Assembly (NCBI GenBank): GCA_951406725.2
Contig: OX597821.1
Span: forward strand, 86,490,001 to 86,554,000
Direction of reading: 5' to 3'
Length of the DNA stretch: 64,000 bases
DNA from: Octopus vulgaris
Lineage: Eukaryota
Every line of letters begins with the position of its first letter. Positions within the stretch are counted from its first letter, which is position 1. The notes beneath the pieces are model-generated. The model saw nothing but the letters and a program-made list of their open reading frames with translations. It searched no databases and was not told the origin of the DNA. Shown piece by piece: positions 53,501 to 64,000 of this stretch. Both the position numbers and the translations under genes were made by a program.

Positions 53501-55489
53501 TTAGAAATATCGACAAATTTTAATCGAGTTTAATTTTATAATTATTCTCAACTTGTTTTTTGTGTTTCGAGTTATTAAATGTACCGAACATACTTAAATA
53601 ACATGAAATACGTAAAATATTTATTGCTAAAGGATTAATGAACTTATTCATAGATTTATGTTAAAGGGTATGTAATATTAAGATACTTACGTAACAATAT
53701 TTCTATAGAATCGTAACCGTTTCTTTTTTTCAGCTCAGCTATTTCATGTTATGGTATGAAAGCAATTATATGCGTTCAAACTTGAAACTAACATTTACAC
53801 TTACCAATATCTGTATATATTAGGTTTATCACCCATTGAGGGGTTTTATTGTACCTTAATACAAATAGCTATTAAGACAGCGTTATTGCTGAATCGTTGG
53901 AACGTCATATAAAATCCTTTACAGAATATAAGTAGCTATACCTACTTTGTCCTAAGTTGAAATTCTTCTATGTCAATGTTAGCTTTCTTTCTTTCTTCCG
54001 GAGGGAATAAGTTAAAATGCTAGCCGAGTATTGATTTCGATTCAATATACTTTATTCTCTCATCGAAAATATCTAGTCTTGTACAAATGTCAGAAGTTAA
54101 CATAGAAAGTTACATATTAACTTTTCACGATTAAAATATGATTCTAGGTTTGTTTTACTTACGATCTCCATGCCAGTCAACGTCATGATCTTCACCTATA
54201 TATTAGAAAACAAAGCGGAAATATCTTTAGAAAAACAATATTAACTATCAAGATATTATTTTCAGTTTAAAATACTAGTTTCATTTAGCTAATATTTTCA
54301 TAAAACAAATTTTATCTGGTAAGAGTTAATTGAAGACATGAATATATAAAATTTAAAATACAAACATTAATCGAGAACATATTTAAACAACTGAAGTTAT
54401 TGATTTTTCCGTTCCATTCCGAATTTCAGCAACAATCTTTAAAACTTTTTCGACGGAATTCGATTTCACATTCTCTTGTGAATTTGATTTAAGTCAAAAC
54501 ACATGTTCAAAATTTAAATATTCAAGCGGACCATAAATGGAGAAAAATAAATAAGAATTTTTTTAATATTTAAAATAAATAAATAACCAGAAAATATTCC
54601 TTTTAGAATATTTTGGATGATGTCAAATAATCAATACAGAACTAGTTTTTATCACAACCAACGAAATAATGTAGATGTGGCGGCGTGCTATCAAGATTAT
54701 TAATTTCAATTTTATTTTTTTAAATTTTTGACTGAATTCGATTTTATATTCTCTAGTGACTTCCTTTTAAAACGATACATTCATATTCTGAGTTTCGAAT
54801 TTCAAACGGACGAAAAAAATTATAAAAAAAGTTTACTCAAAATAAATAACCAGAAAAAAATTAACAGTTCAACCATAAGAGGTACTTTAATTATATCAGT
54901 GGTTGGTTATAATGAATTTAAATATTAATAATTAACGTATATATAAATTGAAGATGTAAGATGATGGCTTTAGAAATATCGACAAATTTTAATCGAGTTT
55001 AATTTTATAATTATTCTCAACTTGCTCATAATGTTAAATTATCTTGTAGATGTAAAATAATACATTTAGAATTGCAGAAAAGACAGATTTAATTTGATTA
55101 TACGGGCTTGCAGGAGCTCCATAGTGCATTCAGTAATACGTTAAATCATATATGTGCAAAGGTCAGCTTGTGGGTTGTCGGTTGCTTTGAATAAGCAGAA
55201 TCACAGGATAGTAAACGAGATAATTAATGGTATTTTGAGACCGGACACTATTTTCTTGAGTTTATTTCCTGTCTTTTATCTTGTATTATTTTGTTAATAT
55301 ATCTACGAAATATATATACTCATAGGCGCAGGAGTGGCTGTGTGGTAAGTAGCTTGCTAACCAACCACATGGTTCCGGGTTCAGTCCAACTGCGTGGCAT
55401 CTTGGGCAAGTGTCTTCTGCTATAGCCCCGGGCCGACCAATACCTTGTGAGTGGATTTGGTAGACGGAAACTGAAAGAAGCCTGTCGTA

Positions 55490-55571
<82 letters not shown>

Positions 55572-57513
55572 TGTGTCTGTGTTTGTCCCCCTAGCATTGC
55601 TTGACAACCGATGCTGTTCGGCAAAAGAGACCGATAGAATAAGTACTGGGCTTACAAAGAATAAGTCCCGGGGTCGATTTGTTCAACTAAAGGCGGTGCT
55701 CCAGCATGGCCGCAGTCAAATGACTGAAACAAGTAAAAGAGTAGGTACAATTATATAGAGAAAACACTTCGGGACAGCTAATCAAAATCATAAAGAAAAT
55801 GTACTGGAAGACAGTCAAGTGAACAATTTTAGCTTTATTTATTTATTGATAAGATTGAAAGTAGTTGATACATCTTCAGAAATCCTTACACTTTCCATTG
55901 AATGTTATGAAATACCAACGATAAATTCTGAACTTCTTGAACTAATATTCTGTTTCGTTGAAGCCATATATTAGTCTGATTTATTTATTATATTTGAAGG
56001 ACAGCCTCTTCAGCATTATATATTTTCAGTACGCCGAGTTATACTTTACTCTTTCACCAAAGGTTGTAAATTCCTGTCTCTGATCTAGTTCTTTATTTAG
56101 CATTAAGCATGAGGATTTATATATTTACTATTGACGCAAATTTAAGATATGTTGATAGATTTGGAAAGTTTCGACAGGATTTAGCTGTAATTAAATTTCA
56201 TAATTATTCATAGCTTGAGATTTCTTCTATTTTTGCCTTTCTTTTAAGAGTATGTTATCGTACATACTTCATAAACATGCAATACGAAGGAAGCTTTACC
56301 GAAGAGCTATTTGGCTCATTTACACATACTTAATTTAATGATAATCTTTCGATCCAAGGAAAATGGTTCTGCAATTTCTTGCTCAATACTTTATACAGAG
56401 GATTTGCTTATAGTGATCAAATGCTTGTGCTGCACATAAGTTCACTTACTCCATTAAACTGATTTTGCCTTTACAGATGTGCGGTGTGCCACACGTCAAG
56501 TGCCGAAGTGATCGTATACACATACATACTGAAGTATATATCTAATCATTAAATACGGAAAAATATTCGCATAAAACTTTACCAGCTTTTTACAGCTCAG
56601 CTATTTCATATGAAGGTAAGATGACTTTGTGAAAACTATATACGTTCAGACAAAAAACTGAAGTCTGCATGTATGTATATATGTATGTATTTATGTATGC
56701 AATTATACCTGTATATATGTATGTATGAAGTTTATCATCCATTGAAAGATTTTGTTATAGTTTACAGAAGTATTAGGATGGCAAATGATAGGTTAGAATG
56801 ATCGTTAGAGCGTCGGACAAAATACGTTGCAGTAGTAAGCTACAACCTTATAATTTCTGAGATCAAATCCTGCAGATGTCAGATTTAGCTTTCATCCTTT
56901 AAGAGTGGATAAAACAAAGTACCAGTCAAGTGCTGAGATCGATTCAATATACCATACCCGCTTGTCAATAATATGTAGCTCTGTACCAATGTTACAAATC
57001 AATATATAGAGATATAGCATATTAATTTTTCGGTAAAAAGGTTATTTTAAATTTCTATACTTACGAGGCCGTCGCAGACGTCGACCCCAGCTACCGGGGT
57101 GAAGATCTCTAGCTGTATATTATAAAACAAGACGAAATGGATTGAGAACAGTAACTCCGAGTGAGAATTTGTTTTTGTTTTGTTTTTGTCTTTTTTGTTG
57201 CGTTTTGCTGTTGTTTTGTGTGTGTGTGTGTGTGTTTTTTTTTTTTTTTTGGTTTTGTTCTTTCTTTCAAAGTTGAGGAGTAAAATCTGAACTTCACACA
57301 ATTACTCTTTTACTCTTTTACTTGTTTCAGTCATTTGACTGCGGCCATGCTGGAGCACCGCCTTTAGTCGAGCAAATCGACCCCGGGACTTATTCATTGT
57401 AAGCCCAGTACTTATTCTATCGGTGTCTTTTGCCGAACCGCTAAGTGACGGGGACGTAAACACACCAGCATCGGTTGTCAAGCAATGCTAGGGGGACAAA
57501 CACAGACACACAA

Positions 57514-57544
<31 letters not shown>

Positions 57545-58002
57545 TATATATATAAATATATATATATATATACATATATACAACAGGCTTCTTTCAGTTT
57601 CCGTCTACCAAATCCACTCACAATGTATTGGTCGGCCCGGGGCTATAGCAGAAGACACTTGCCCAAGATACCACGCAGTGGGACTGAACCCGGAACCATG
57701 TGGTTGGTTAGCAAGCTACTTACCACACAGCCACTCCTGCGCCAATTGATAATTTTTATAATATGAGTTATATTTGATGATTGGAAAACCTCTATTTGTA
57801 AGAAACTCCGAATTCAAATCGAAAAATGATATTTAAAATCTAAAATAATTCTTTGTTAGCTTCCATACCGAATTTCAATTACAATATTTTTCGATTCAGT
57901 TTGATTTCATTTTGATTTCCCATTCACTCACGATTTCAATTTTAAGAAACAATTCTCATTTCTCCATTTTAAATTACAAATAGAGAAGTAATGATAGAAA
58001 AC

Positions 58003-58063
<61 letters not shown>

Positions 58064-58229
58064 GGCGTAGGAGTGGCTGTGTGGTTAAATAGCTTGCTTA
58101 CGAACCACATGGTTCCTGGTTCAGTTCCACAGCATGGCACCTTGGGCAAGTATCTTCTGCTATAGCCCCGGGTCGACCAAAGCCTTGTGAGTGGATTTGG
58201 TAGACGGAAACTGAAAGAAGCCCGTCGTA

Positions 58230-58268
<39 letters not shown>

Positions 58269-58274
58269 TTGTGT

Positions 58275-58315
<41 letters not shown>

Positions 58316-60137
58316 TGTGTCTGTGTTTCTCCCCCCAATATTGCTTGACAACCGATGCTGGTGTGTTTACGTCCCCGTCACTTAGCGGTTCGGCAAAAAG
58401 AAACCGATAGAATAAATAGTAGGCTTACAAAGAATAGGTCCTGGGGGTCGATTTGCTCGACTAAAGGAGGTGCTCCAGCATGGCCACAGTCAAATGACTA
58501 AAACAAGTAAAAGAGTAAAAGAGTATAATAACAAGGAACGAAAAATATTCTTCACAGAATACTTTGGATTATGTCAAATAATAGTTGCAGAAGTGAAGTG
58601 TTATATGAAATAACTGAAGAATAGCTACGTGGTATATTCCGTAGGGCGGCGAGCTGGCAGAAACGCTAACACGCCGGGCGAAATGCTTAACGGTATTTCG
58701 TCTGCCGCTGCGTTGTGAGTTCAAATTCCGCCGAGGTCGACTTTGCCTTTCATCATTTCGGAGTCGATAAATTAAGTACCAGTTACGCACTGGGGTCGAT
58801 GTTAGCGACTTAATACCTATGTCTGTCCTGTTTGTCCCCTCTGTGTTTAGCCCCTTGTGGGTAATAAAGAAATAGGTATTTCGCCTTCCGCTACGTTGTG
58901 AGTTCAAATTCGCCGAGGTCGACTTTGCCTTTCATCCTTTCGGAGTCGATAAATTAAGTACCAGTTACGCACTGGGGTCGATGTAATCGACTTCATACCT
59001 ATGTCTGTCCTAGTTTGTCCCCTCTATGTTTAGCCCCTTGTGGGTAGTAAAGAAATAGGTACATTCCTCTTCCCAAGCAGGGAAGAATTTACTATCATAA
59101 ATAGTAGTCTGCCCGCCTAGCTGTTTGGTTGAAGAGAACTAGAAAAAAATAAGAGAAATTACATGTAGTTTATTAATCAGCCGGTCATTGGCCCACAGTA
59201 AGTATTTTATTAAAATAGGATTTGTTAAGTAAAATAATAAACAATAAATAGTTTTAAATTGAAGGGAAGTAACTAAATACTTAACACTAGCGCTAAATGA
59301 CTTGTATGTAACAGTGCGAATGGTAAGGCTCTAAACACCTACTGATAGAGGTGCCCATCGATTGCTACATTTTTGCATAAAAGTGTTGACCCTTGCAGGA
59401 CTGAAAAGTCACATGGATGCTGCTATAAGAGAGCAATCAAGCGATGGTATTCCGCAGAATTGGGTTGCAGTCATCATGTATGCATGTATGTATGTATGCA
59501 TGTATGCATGTATGTATGTATGCATGTATGCATGTATTATGTATGTATGTATGTATGCATGTATGTATGCATGTATGTATGTGTGTATGTATGTGTGTGT
59601 ATGTATGTGTATGTGTGTGTATGTATGTATGTATGCATGTATGTATGCATGTATGTATGTATGTATGCATGTATGCATGTATGTCTGTATGTATGCATGT
59701 ATGCATGTATGCATGTATGCATGTATGTATGTATGTATGCATGTGTGCATGTATGTATGTATGTATGTATGTATGTATGTATGCATGCATGTATGCATGC
59801 ATGTATGTATGTATGTAATGTATGTATGTATGTAATGTATGTATGTATGTATGTATGCATGTATGCATGTATGTATGCATGTATGTATGTATGTATGTAT
59901 GCATGTATGTATGTATGTATATGTGTGCGTTTACGTGTATGCATGCATGTATGTATGTATGTATGTATGTATGTATGCATGTATGTATGCATGCATGTAT
60001 GTATGTATGTATGTATGTATGCATGCATGTATGTATGTATGTATGTATGCATGTATGTATGTATGTGTGTGCGTTTACGTGTATGCATGTATGTATTGTA
60101 TTGTATATATGTATGTGTGTGTGTTTGTGTGTGTATG

Positions 60138-60168
<31 letters not shown>

Positions 60169-62701
60169 GTGTCTGTGTTTCTCCCCCCAATATTGCTTGA
60201 CAACCGATGCTGGTGTGTTTACGTCCCCGTCACTTAGCGGTTCGGCAAAAGAAACCGATAGAATAAATAGTAGGCTTACAAAGAATAGGTCCTGGGGTCG
60301 ATTTGCTCGACTAAAGGAGGTGCTCCAGCATGGCCACAGTCAAATGACTAAAACAAGTAAAAGAGTAAAAGAGTATAATAACAAGGAACGAAAAATATTC
60401 TTCACAGAATACTTTGGATTATGTCAAATAATAGTTGCAGAAGTGAAGTGTTATATGAAATAACTGAAGAATAGCTACGTGGTATATTCCGTAGGGCGGC
60501 GAGCTGGCAGAAACGCTAACACGCCGGGCGAAATGCTTAACGGTATTTCGTCTGCCGCTACGTTGTGAGTTCAAATTCCGCCGAGGTCGACTTTGCCTTT
60601 CATCCTTTCGGAGTCGATAAATTAAGTACCAGTTACGCACTGGGGTCGATGTAATCGACTTCATACCTATGTCTGTCCTAGTTTGTCCTCTCTATGTTTA
60701 GCCCCTTGTGGGTAGTAAAGAAATAGGTACATTCCTCTTCCCAAGCAGGGAAGAATTTACTATCATAAATAGTAGTCTGCCCGCCTAGCTGTTTGGTTGA
60801 AGAGAACTAGAAAAAAATAAGAGAAATTACATGTAGTTTATTAATCAGCCGGTCATTGGCCCACAGTAAGTATTTTATTAAAATAGGATTTGTTAAGTAA
60901 AATAATAAACAATAAATAGTTTAAATTGAAGGGAAGTAACTAAATACTAAACACTAGCGCTAAATGACTTGTATGTAACAGTGCGAATGGTAAGGCTCTA
61001 AACACCTACTGATAGAGGTGCCCATCGATTGCTACATTTTTGCATAAAAGTGTTGACCCTTGCAGGACTGAAAAGTCACATGGATGCTGCTATAAGAGAG
61101 CAATCAAGCGATGGTATTCCGCAGAATTGGGTTGCAGTCATCATGTATGCATGTATGTATGTATGCATGTATGCATGTATGTATGTATGCATGTATGAAT
61201 GTATGTATGTATGTATGTATGTATGCATGTATGTATGCATGTATGTATGTGTGTATGTATGTGTGTATGTATGTGTATGTGTGTGTGTATGTATGTATGT
61301 ATGCATGTATGTATGCATGTATGTATGTATGCATGTATGCATGTATGTCTGTATGTATGCATGTATGCATGCATGTATGCATGTATGCATGCATGTATGT
61401 ATGTATGTATGTATGTATGTATGTATGTATGCATGCATGTATGTATGTATGTATGTATGTATGCATGCATGTATGTATGTATGTATGTATGCATGTATGT
61501 ATGTATGTGTGTGCGTTTACGTGTATGCATGTATGTATTGTATTGTATATATGTATGTGTGTATGTATGTATGTATGTATGTGTATGTATGTGTGTATGT
61601 ATGTATGTGTGTATGTATGTATGTATGTATGTGTGTATGTATGTGTGTATGTATGTATGTATGTATGTATGTGTATGTGTGTGTATGTATGTATGTATGT
61701 ATGTATGTATGTATGCATGTATGTATGTATGTGTGTGCGTTTACGTGTATGCATGTATGTATTGTATTGTATATATGTATGTGTGTATGTATGTATGTAT
61801 GTATGTATGTATGTATGTATGTATGTGTGTATGTATGTGTGTATGTATGTATGTATGTGTGTATGTATGTATGTATGTATGTATGTATGTATGTATGTAT
61901 GTATGTATGTATGTATGTATGTGTGTATGTATGTGTGTATGTATGTATGTATGTATGTATGTATGTATGTATGTATGTATGTATGTATGTATGTATGTAT
62001 GTATGTGTGTATGTATGTATGCATGTATGTATGTATCTCCAAGTTTATGCATAGATAGAAGCAATAAATTCGCTATTACACAGAGAACGACTTTTACGAT
62101 CATACTTCAACACGCACTCACTCACACACGCATGCGCTCGCAATCATTCACATACACACACACGCAAACACACACACACAAACACACATATACACACACA
62201 CATACACACACAAGCACACACACACAAACACACATACACACACACACATACACACACAAGCACACACGCAAACACACACACACACGCACGCAAATACACA
62301 CACACACATACAAACACACAGGCAAACACAGACATACAAACGCACATACATACACACACAAACACACACGCAAACACACACACACGCACGCAAATACACA
62401 CACACACACACAAACACACAGGCAAACACAGACATACAAACGCACACACATACACACACAAACACACACGCAAACACACACACACGCACGCAAATACACA
62501 CACACACACATACAAACACACAGGCAAACACAGACATACAAACGCACACACATACACACACAAACACACACGCAAACACACAAACACACACGCAAATACA
62601 CACACACACATACAAACACACAGGCAAGCACAGACATACAAACGCACACAAACACACACAAACACACACAAACACAAATACACACAAACACACACACACA
62701 A

Positions 62702-62732
<31 letters not shown>

Positions 62733-62949
62733 AACACACACGCAAATACGCACACACACACACATACAAACACATACGCAAACATACGCAGACACACACA
62801 CACACACACACACACATACAAACACACAGGCAAACACATACATACAAACGCACACACAAACACACACACAAACACACACAAACACACACGCAAACACATA
62901 CACACGCAAATACACACACACACACATACAAACACACACGCAAACATAC

Positions 62950-62985
<36 letters not shown>

Positions 62986-63071
62986 CACCTATAATTCTGC
63001 GCATCTGTTAATTGATTCTTAATTTGCATACTTACATTTTCTCCGCGAGGGTTCTCGTACGCGTTTTTCGT
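41545..63071 (-). CDS. Micro-exon gene encoding a His/Arg/Trp/Gly-rich repeat peptide (5'-incomplete); exons in transcript order 63071-63036, 57112-57065, 54195-54163, 53018-52938, 49010-48978, 47016-46984, 45902-45870, 44791-44759, 43249-43217, 41573-41541 (stop at 41547-41545)
   Basis: Each segment has a T-rich ...YAG acceptor and a GTAAGT/GTAATT/GTGAGT donor on the - strand, and every length (33, 36, 48, 81 nt) is a multiple of 3. The phase-1 join is open for 130 aa to a TAA; phase 2 has stops; phase 0 is also open but compositionally incoherent. Confidence 0.72.
42045..42383 (-). mobile_element. tRNA-derived SINE
   Basis: reverse head gtgaaggcgcgtggctcagtggttagagc...ctcgaatccc. Confidence 0.7.
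43217..43249 (-). CDS. micro-exon PGHYRKRWHRR (33 nt)
   Basis: ataCAG / GTAAGT in the ~1.1 kb tandem unit. Confidence 0.72.
44099..44530 (-). mobile_element. 5'-truncated LINE (CR1/L2-group-like ORF2 3' end) inserted in one tandem unit
   Basis: poly-T at left (poly-A on the - strand); ORF NSLGFKGPQLFNILP...FKSKLDIFLSRVPDEP; sister units show the empty site gctttgtgcttatgttag. Confidence 0.85.
44759..44791 (-). CDS. micro-exon PGHYRRRWHRR (33 nt)
   Basis: ataCAG / GTAAGT in the ~1.1 kb tandem unit. Confidence 0.72.
45870..45902 (-). CDS. micro-exon PGHYRRRWQRR (33 nt)
   Basis: ataCAG / GTAAGT in the ~1.1 kb tandem unit. Confidence 0.72.
46984..47016 (-). CDS. micro-exon PGHYRRRWQRR (33 nt)
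   Basis: ataCAG / GTAAGT in the ~1.1 kb tandem unit. Confidence 0.72.
47535..47564 (-). pseudogene. decayed micro-exon (HHYRKPWNKS) with dead donor
   Basis: acceptor intact (tgtaCAG), but donor is ATAAGT instead of GTAAGT; 30 nt; lies in a partly deleted repeat unit. Confidence 0.6.
48601..48902 (-). mobile_element. non-autonomous Helitron
   Basis: A|TC...hairpin...CTAG|T on the - strand; same end as 5256 and 29924. Confidence 0.75.
48978..49010 (-). CDS. micro-exon HGHHGQHLHGH (33 nt)
   Basis: ttttgttttatgCAG / GTAATT. Confidence 0.7.
50498..50884 (+). mobile_element. SINE family C with 9-bp TSD
   Basis: TSD agatcaact at 50489-50497 and 50885-50893. Confidence 0.88.
51563..51938 (-). mobile_element. 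SINE family A
   Basis: homology to other copies. Confidence 0.85.
52938..53018 (-). CDS. micro-exon HGHHGKHWPGYPDKHWPGYPDKHWPGH (81 nt, internal 24-nt repeats)
   Basis: ttgttttataatataCAG / GTAAGT; 33 nt + 2x24 nt. Confidence 0.75.
53268..55025. repeat. near-identical ~285-bp direct duplication (~53268-53555 / ~54742-55025)
   Basis: attctctagtgacttcc...attattctcaacttg occurs twice. Confidence 0.88.
54163..54195 (-). CDS. micro-exon REDHDVDWHGD (33 nt)
   Basis: ttgttttctaatataTAG / GTAAGT. Confidence 0.72.
55325..55743 (+). mobile_element. SINE family A
   Basis: homology to other copies. Confidence 0.85.
57065..57112 (-). CDS. micro-exon SRDLHPGSWGRRLRRP (48 nt)
   Basis: ttgttttataatataCAG / GTAAGT. 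Confidence 0.72.
57303..57743 (-). mobile_element. SINE family A
   Basis: homology to other copies. Confidence 0.85.
58063..58522 (+). mobile_element. SINE family A after (AAT)n
   Basis: homology to other copies. Confidence 0.85.
58315..62035. repeat. near-identical tandem duplication (~1.7-1.85 kb) ending in (TATG)n tracts
   Basis: 58329 matches 60181 and ~59467 matches ~61135; includes SINE A tail, SINE B and an RTE-like 3' fragment (LAGLKSHM). Confidence 0.9.
62122..62981. repeat. compound (CA)-rich satellite
   Basis: higher-order ~60-bp periodicity of CA/CAAA/CGCA units. Confidence 0.95.
63036..63071 (-). CDS. micro-exon xEKRVREPSRRK (36 nt)
   Basis: ttgttttatcatatcCAG acceptor (similar to the other units), GTAAGT donor. 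Confidence 0.6.
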
Positions 63072-63295
63072 CTGGATATGATAAAACAATGCAAATTTAT
63101 TAAGAAAAACAATTACTGATACTTTTGCGCGCACGAAGACATTTTACATTATTTATTTATCTATTTATTTATTTGTTTGTTTATTTATTTATTTACTTAT
63201 TTATTTTTGAAATGTGGACCAAGTGATTTACATTTGAAATTGATGATAATGAGAGTTTTCATAAGTCGAATAAACTGGTTGAACGAGTTCGTTTG

Positions 63296-63334
63296 AAAGA
63301 AAGAAAGAAAGAAAGAAAGAGAGAAAGGATGGAA

Positions 63335-63383
<49 letters not shown>

Positions 63384-63403
63384 GAGAGAAGGAAAGAAAG
63401 GAA

Positions 63404-63449
<46 letters not shown>

Positions 63450-63740
63450 GAAGGAAAGAAAGGAAGGAAGAAAGAAAGAAAGAAAGGAAGGAAGGAAGAA
63501 AGAAAGGAAGGAAGGAAAGAAGGAAGGAAGGAAGGAAGGAAAGAAGGAAGGAAGGAAGGAAGGAAGGAAGGAAGAAAGAAAGAAAGAAAAAAAGAAAGAA
63601 AAGAAAGAAAAAAGACGAAAGAAAGAAAGGAAGAAAGAAAGGAAAGAAAGGAAGGAAGAAAGGAAGAAAGGAAGGAAGGAAGGAAGGAAGAAAGGAAAGA
63701 AGGGAGGAAGGAAGGAAGGGAGGAAGGAAAGAAGGAAGAC
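63296..63740. repeat. (GAAA/GGAA)n polypurine tract
   Basis: direct. Confidence 0.95.
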
Positions 63741-63826
63741 AGAAAAATGAAGGGAATGTGAACATACGAGGTGGATTGAAAGAGTTGCAGGACTAGTAAT
63801 GCATAAATTTAAAAAATTAACTTATC

Positions 63827-64000
63827 TACTCTTTACTCTCTTTACTTGTTTCAGTGATTTGACTGTGGCCATGCTGGAGCACCTCCTTTTAGTCGAGCAA
63901 ATCGAACCCAGGACTTATTCTTTGGAAGCCTAGTACTTAATCTATCGGTTTCTTTTGCCGAACCGCTAAGTTACGGGGACGTAAACACACCAGCATCGGT
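63827..64000 (-). mobile_element. SINE family A tail (truncated by window edge)
   Basis: actctttactcttttacttgtttcag... tail. Confidence 0.8.

Noticed and set aside
53691-53810. Two further tiny AG...GTAAGT segments on the - strand (12 nt at ~53691-53702, 6 nt at ~53805-53810)
   Set aside because: Weak polypyrimidine tracts, not homologous to the exon unit and not conserved in paralogous introns.
59362-63134. Long ORFs (up to 607 aa) of MYVC/HTYI/VCVC repeats
   Set aside because: Translations of (TATG)n and (CA)n microsatellites, open in many frames on both strands.
63259-63796. KERK/FLPS-rich ORFs
   Set aside because: (GAAA/GGAA)n tract with no splice or codon evidence.

Overview
AT-rich, repeat-dense eukaryotic DNA. 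The SINE families and microsatellite load resemble a coleoid cephalopod (Octopus-like) genome; this is inferred from familiarity, not from a search. Two convergent intron-rich genes can be rebuilt from splice signals, and the ORF track misses most of both. (1) On the + strand, ten exons (2859-28545) encode the catalytic and C-terminal ~390 aa of a DBH-like copper type II ascorbate-dependent monooxygenase (MOXD1-like). All CuH/CuM ligands are intact and the protein ends in a Thr/Pro stalk plus a GPI-signal-like hydrophobic tail; the DOMON exons must lie upstream of the window. (2) On the - strand, a hidden gene (63071 to ~41541) is made of ten 33-81 nt frame-preserving micro-exons, most carried in tandemly duplicated ~1.1 kb exon+intron units. 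In phase 1 it reads as a His/Arg/Trp/Gly-rich repeat peptide (e.g. HGHHGKHWPG, 4x PGHYR[RK]RW[HQ]RR, ending HGRHYARHG-stop). The rest is tRNA-derived SINEs, CR1/Tx1/RTE/RLE-type LINE remnants, a Penelope GIY-YIG remnant, minimal hammerhead-ribozyme-like motifs, non-autonomous Helitrons, a TA-flanked MITE, local duplications and microsatellites.
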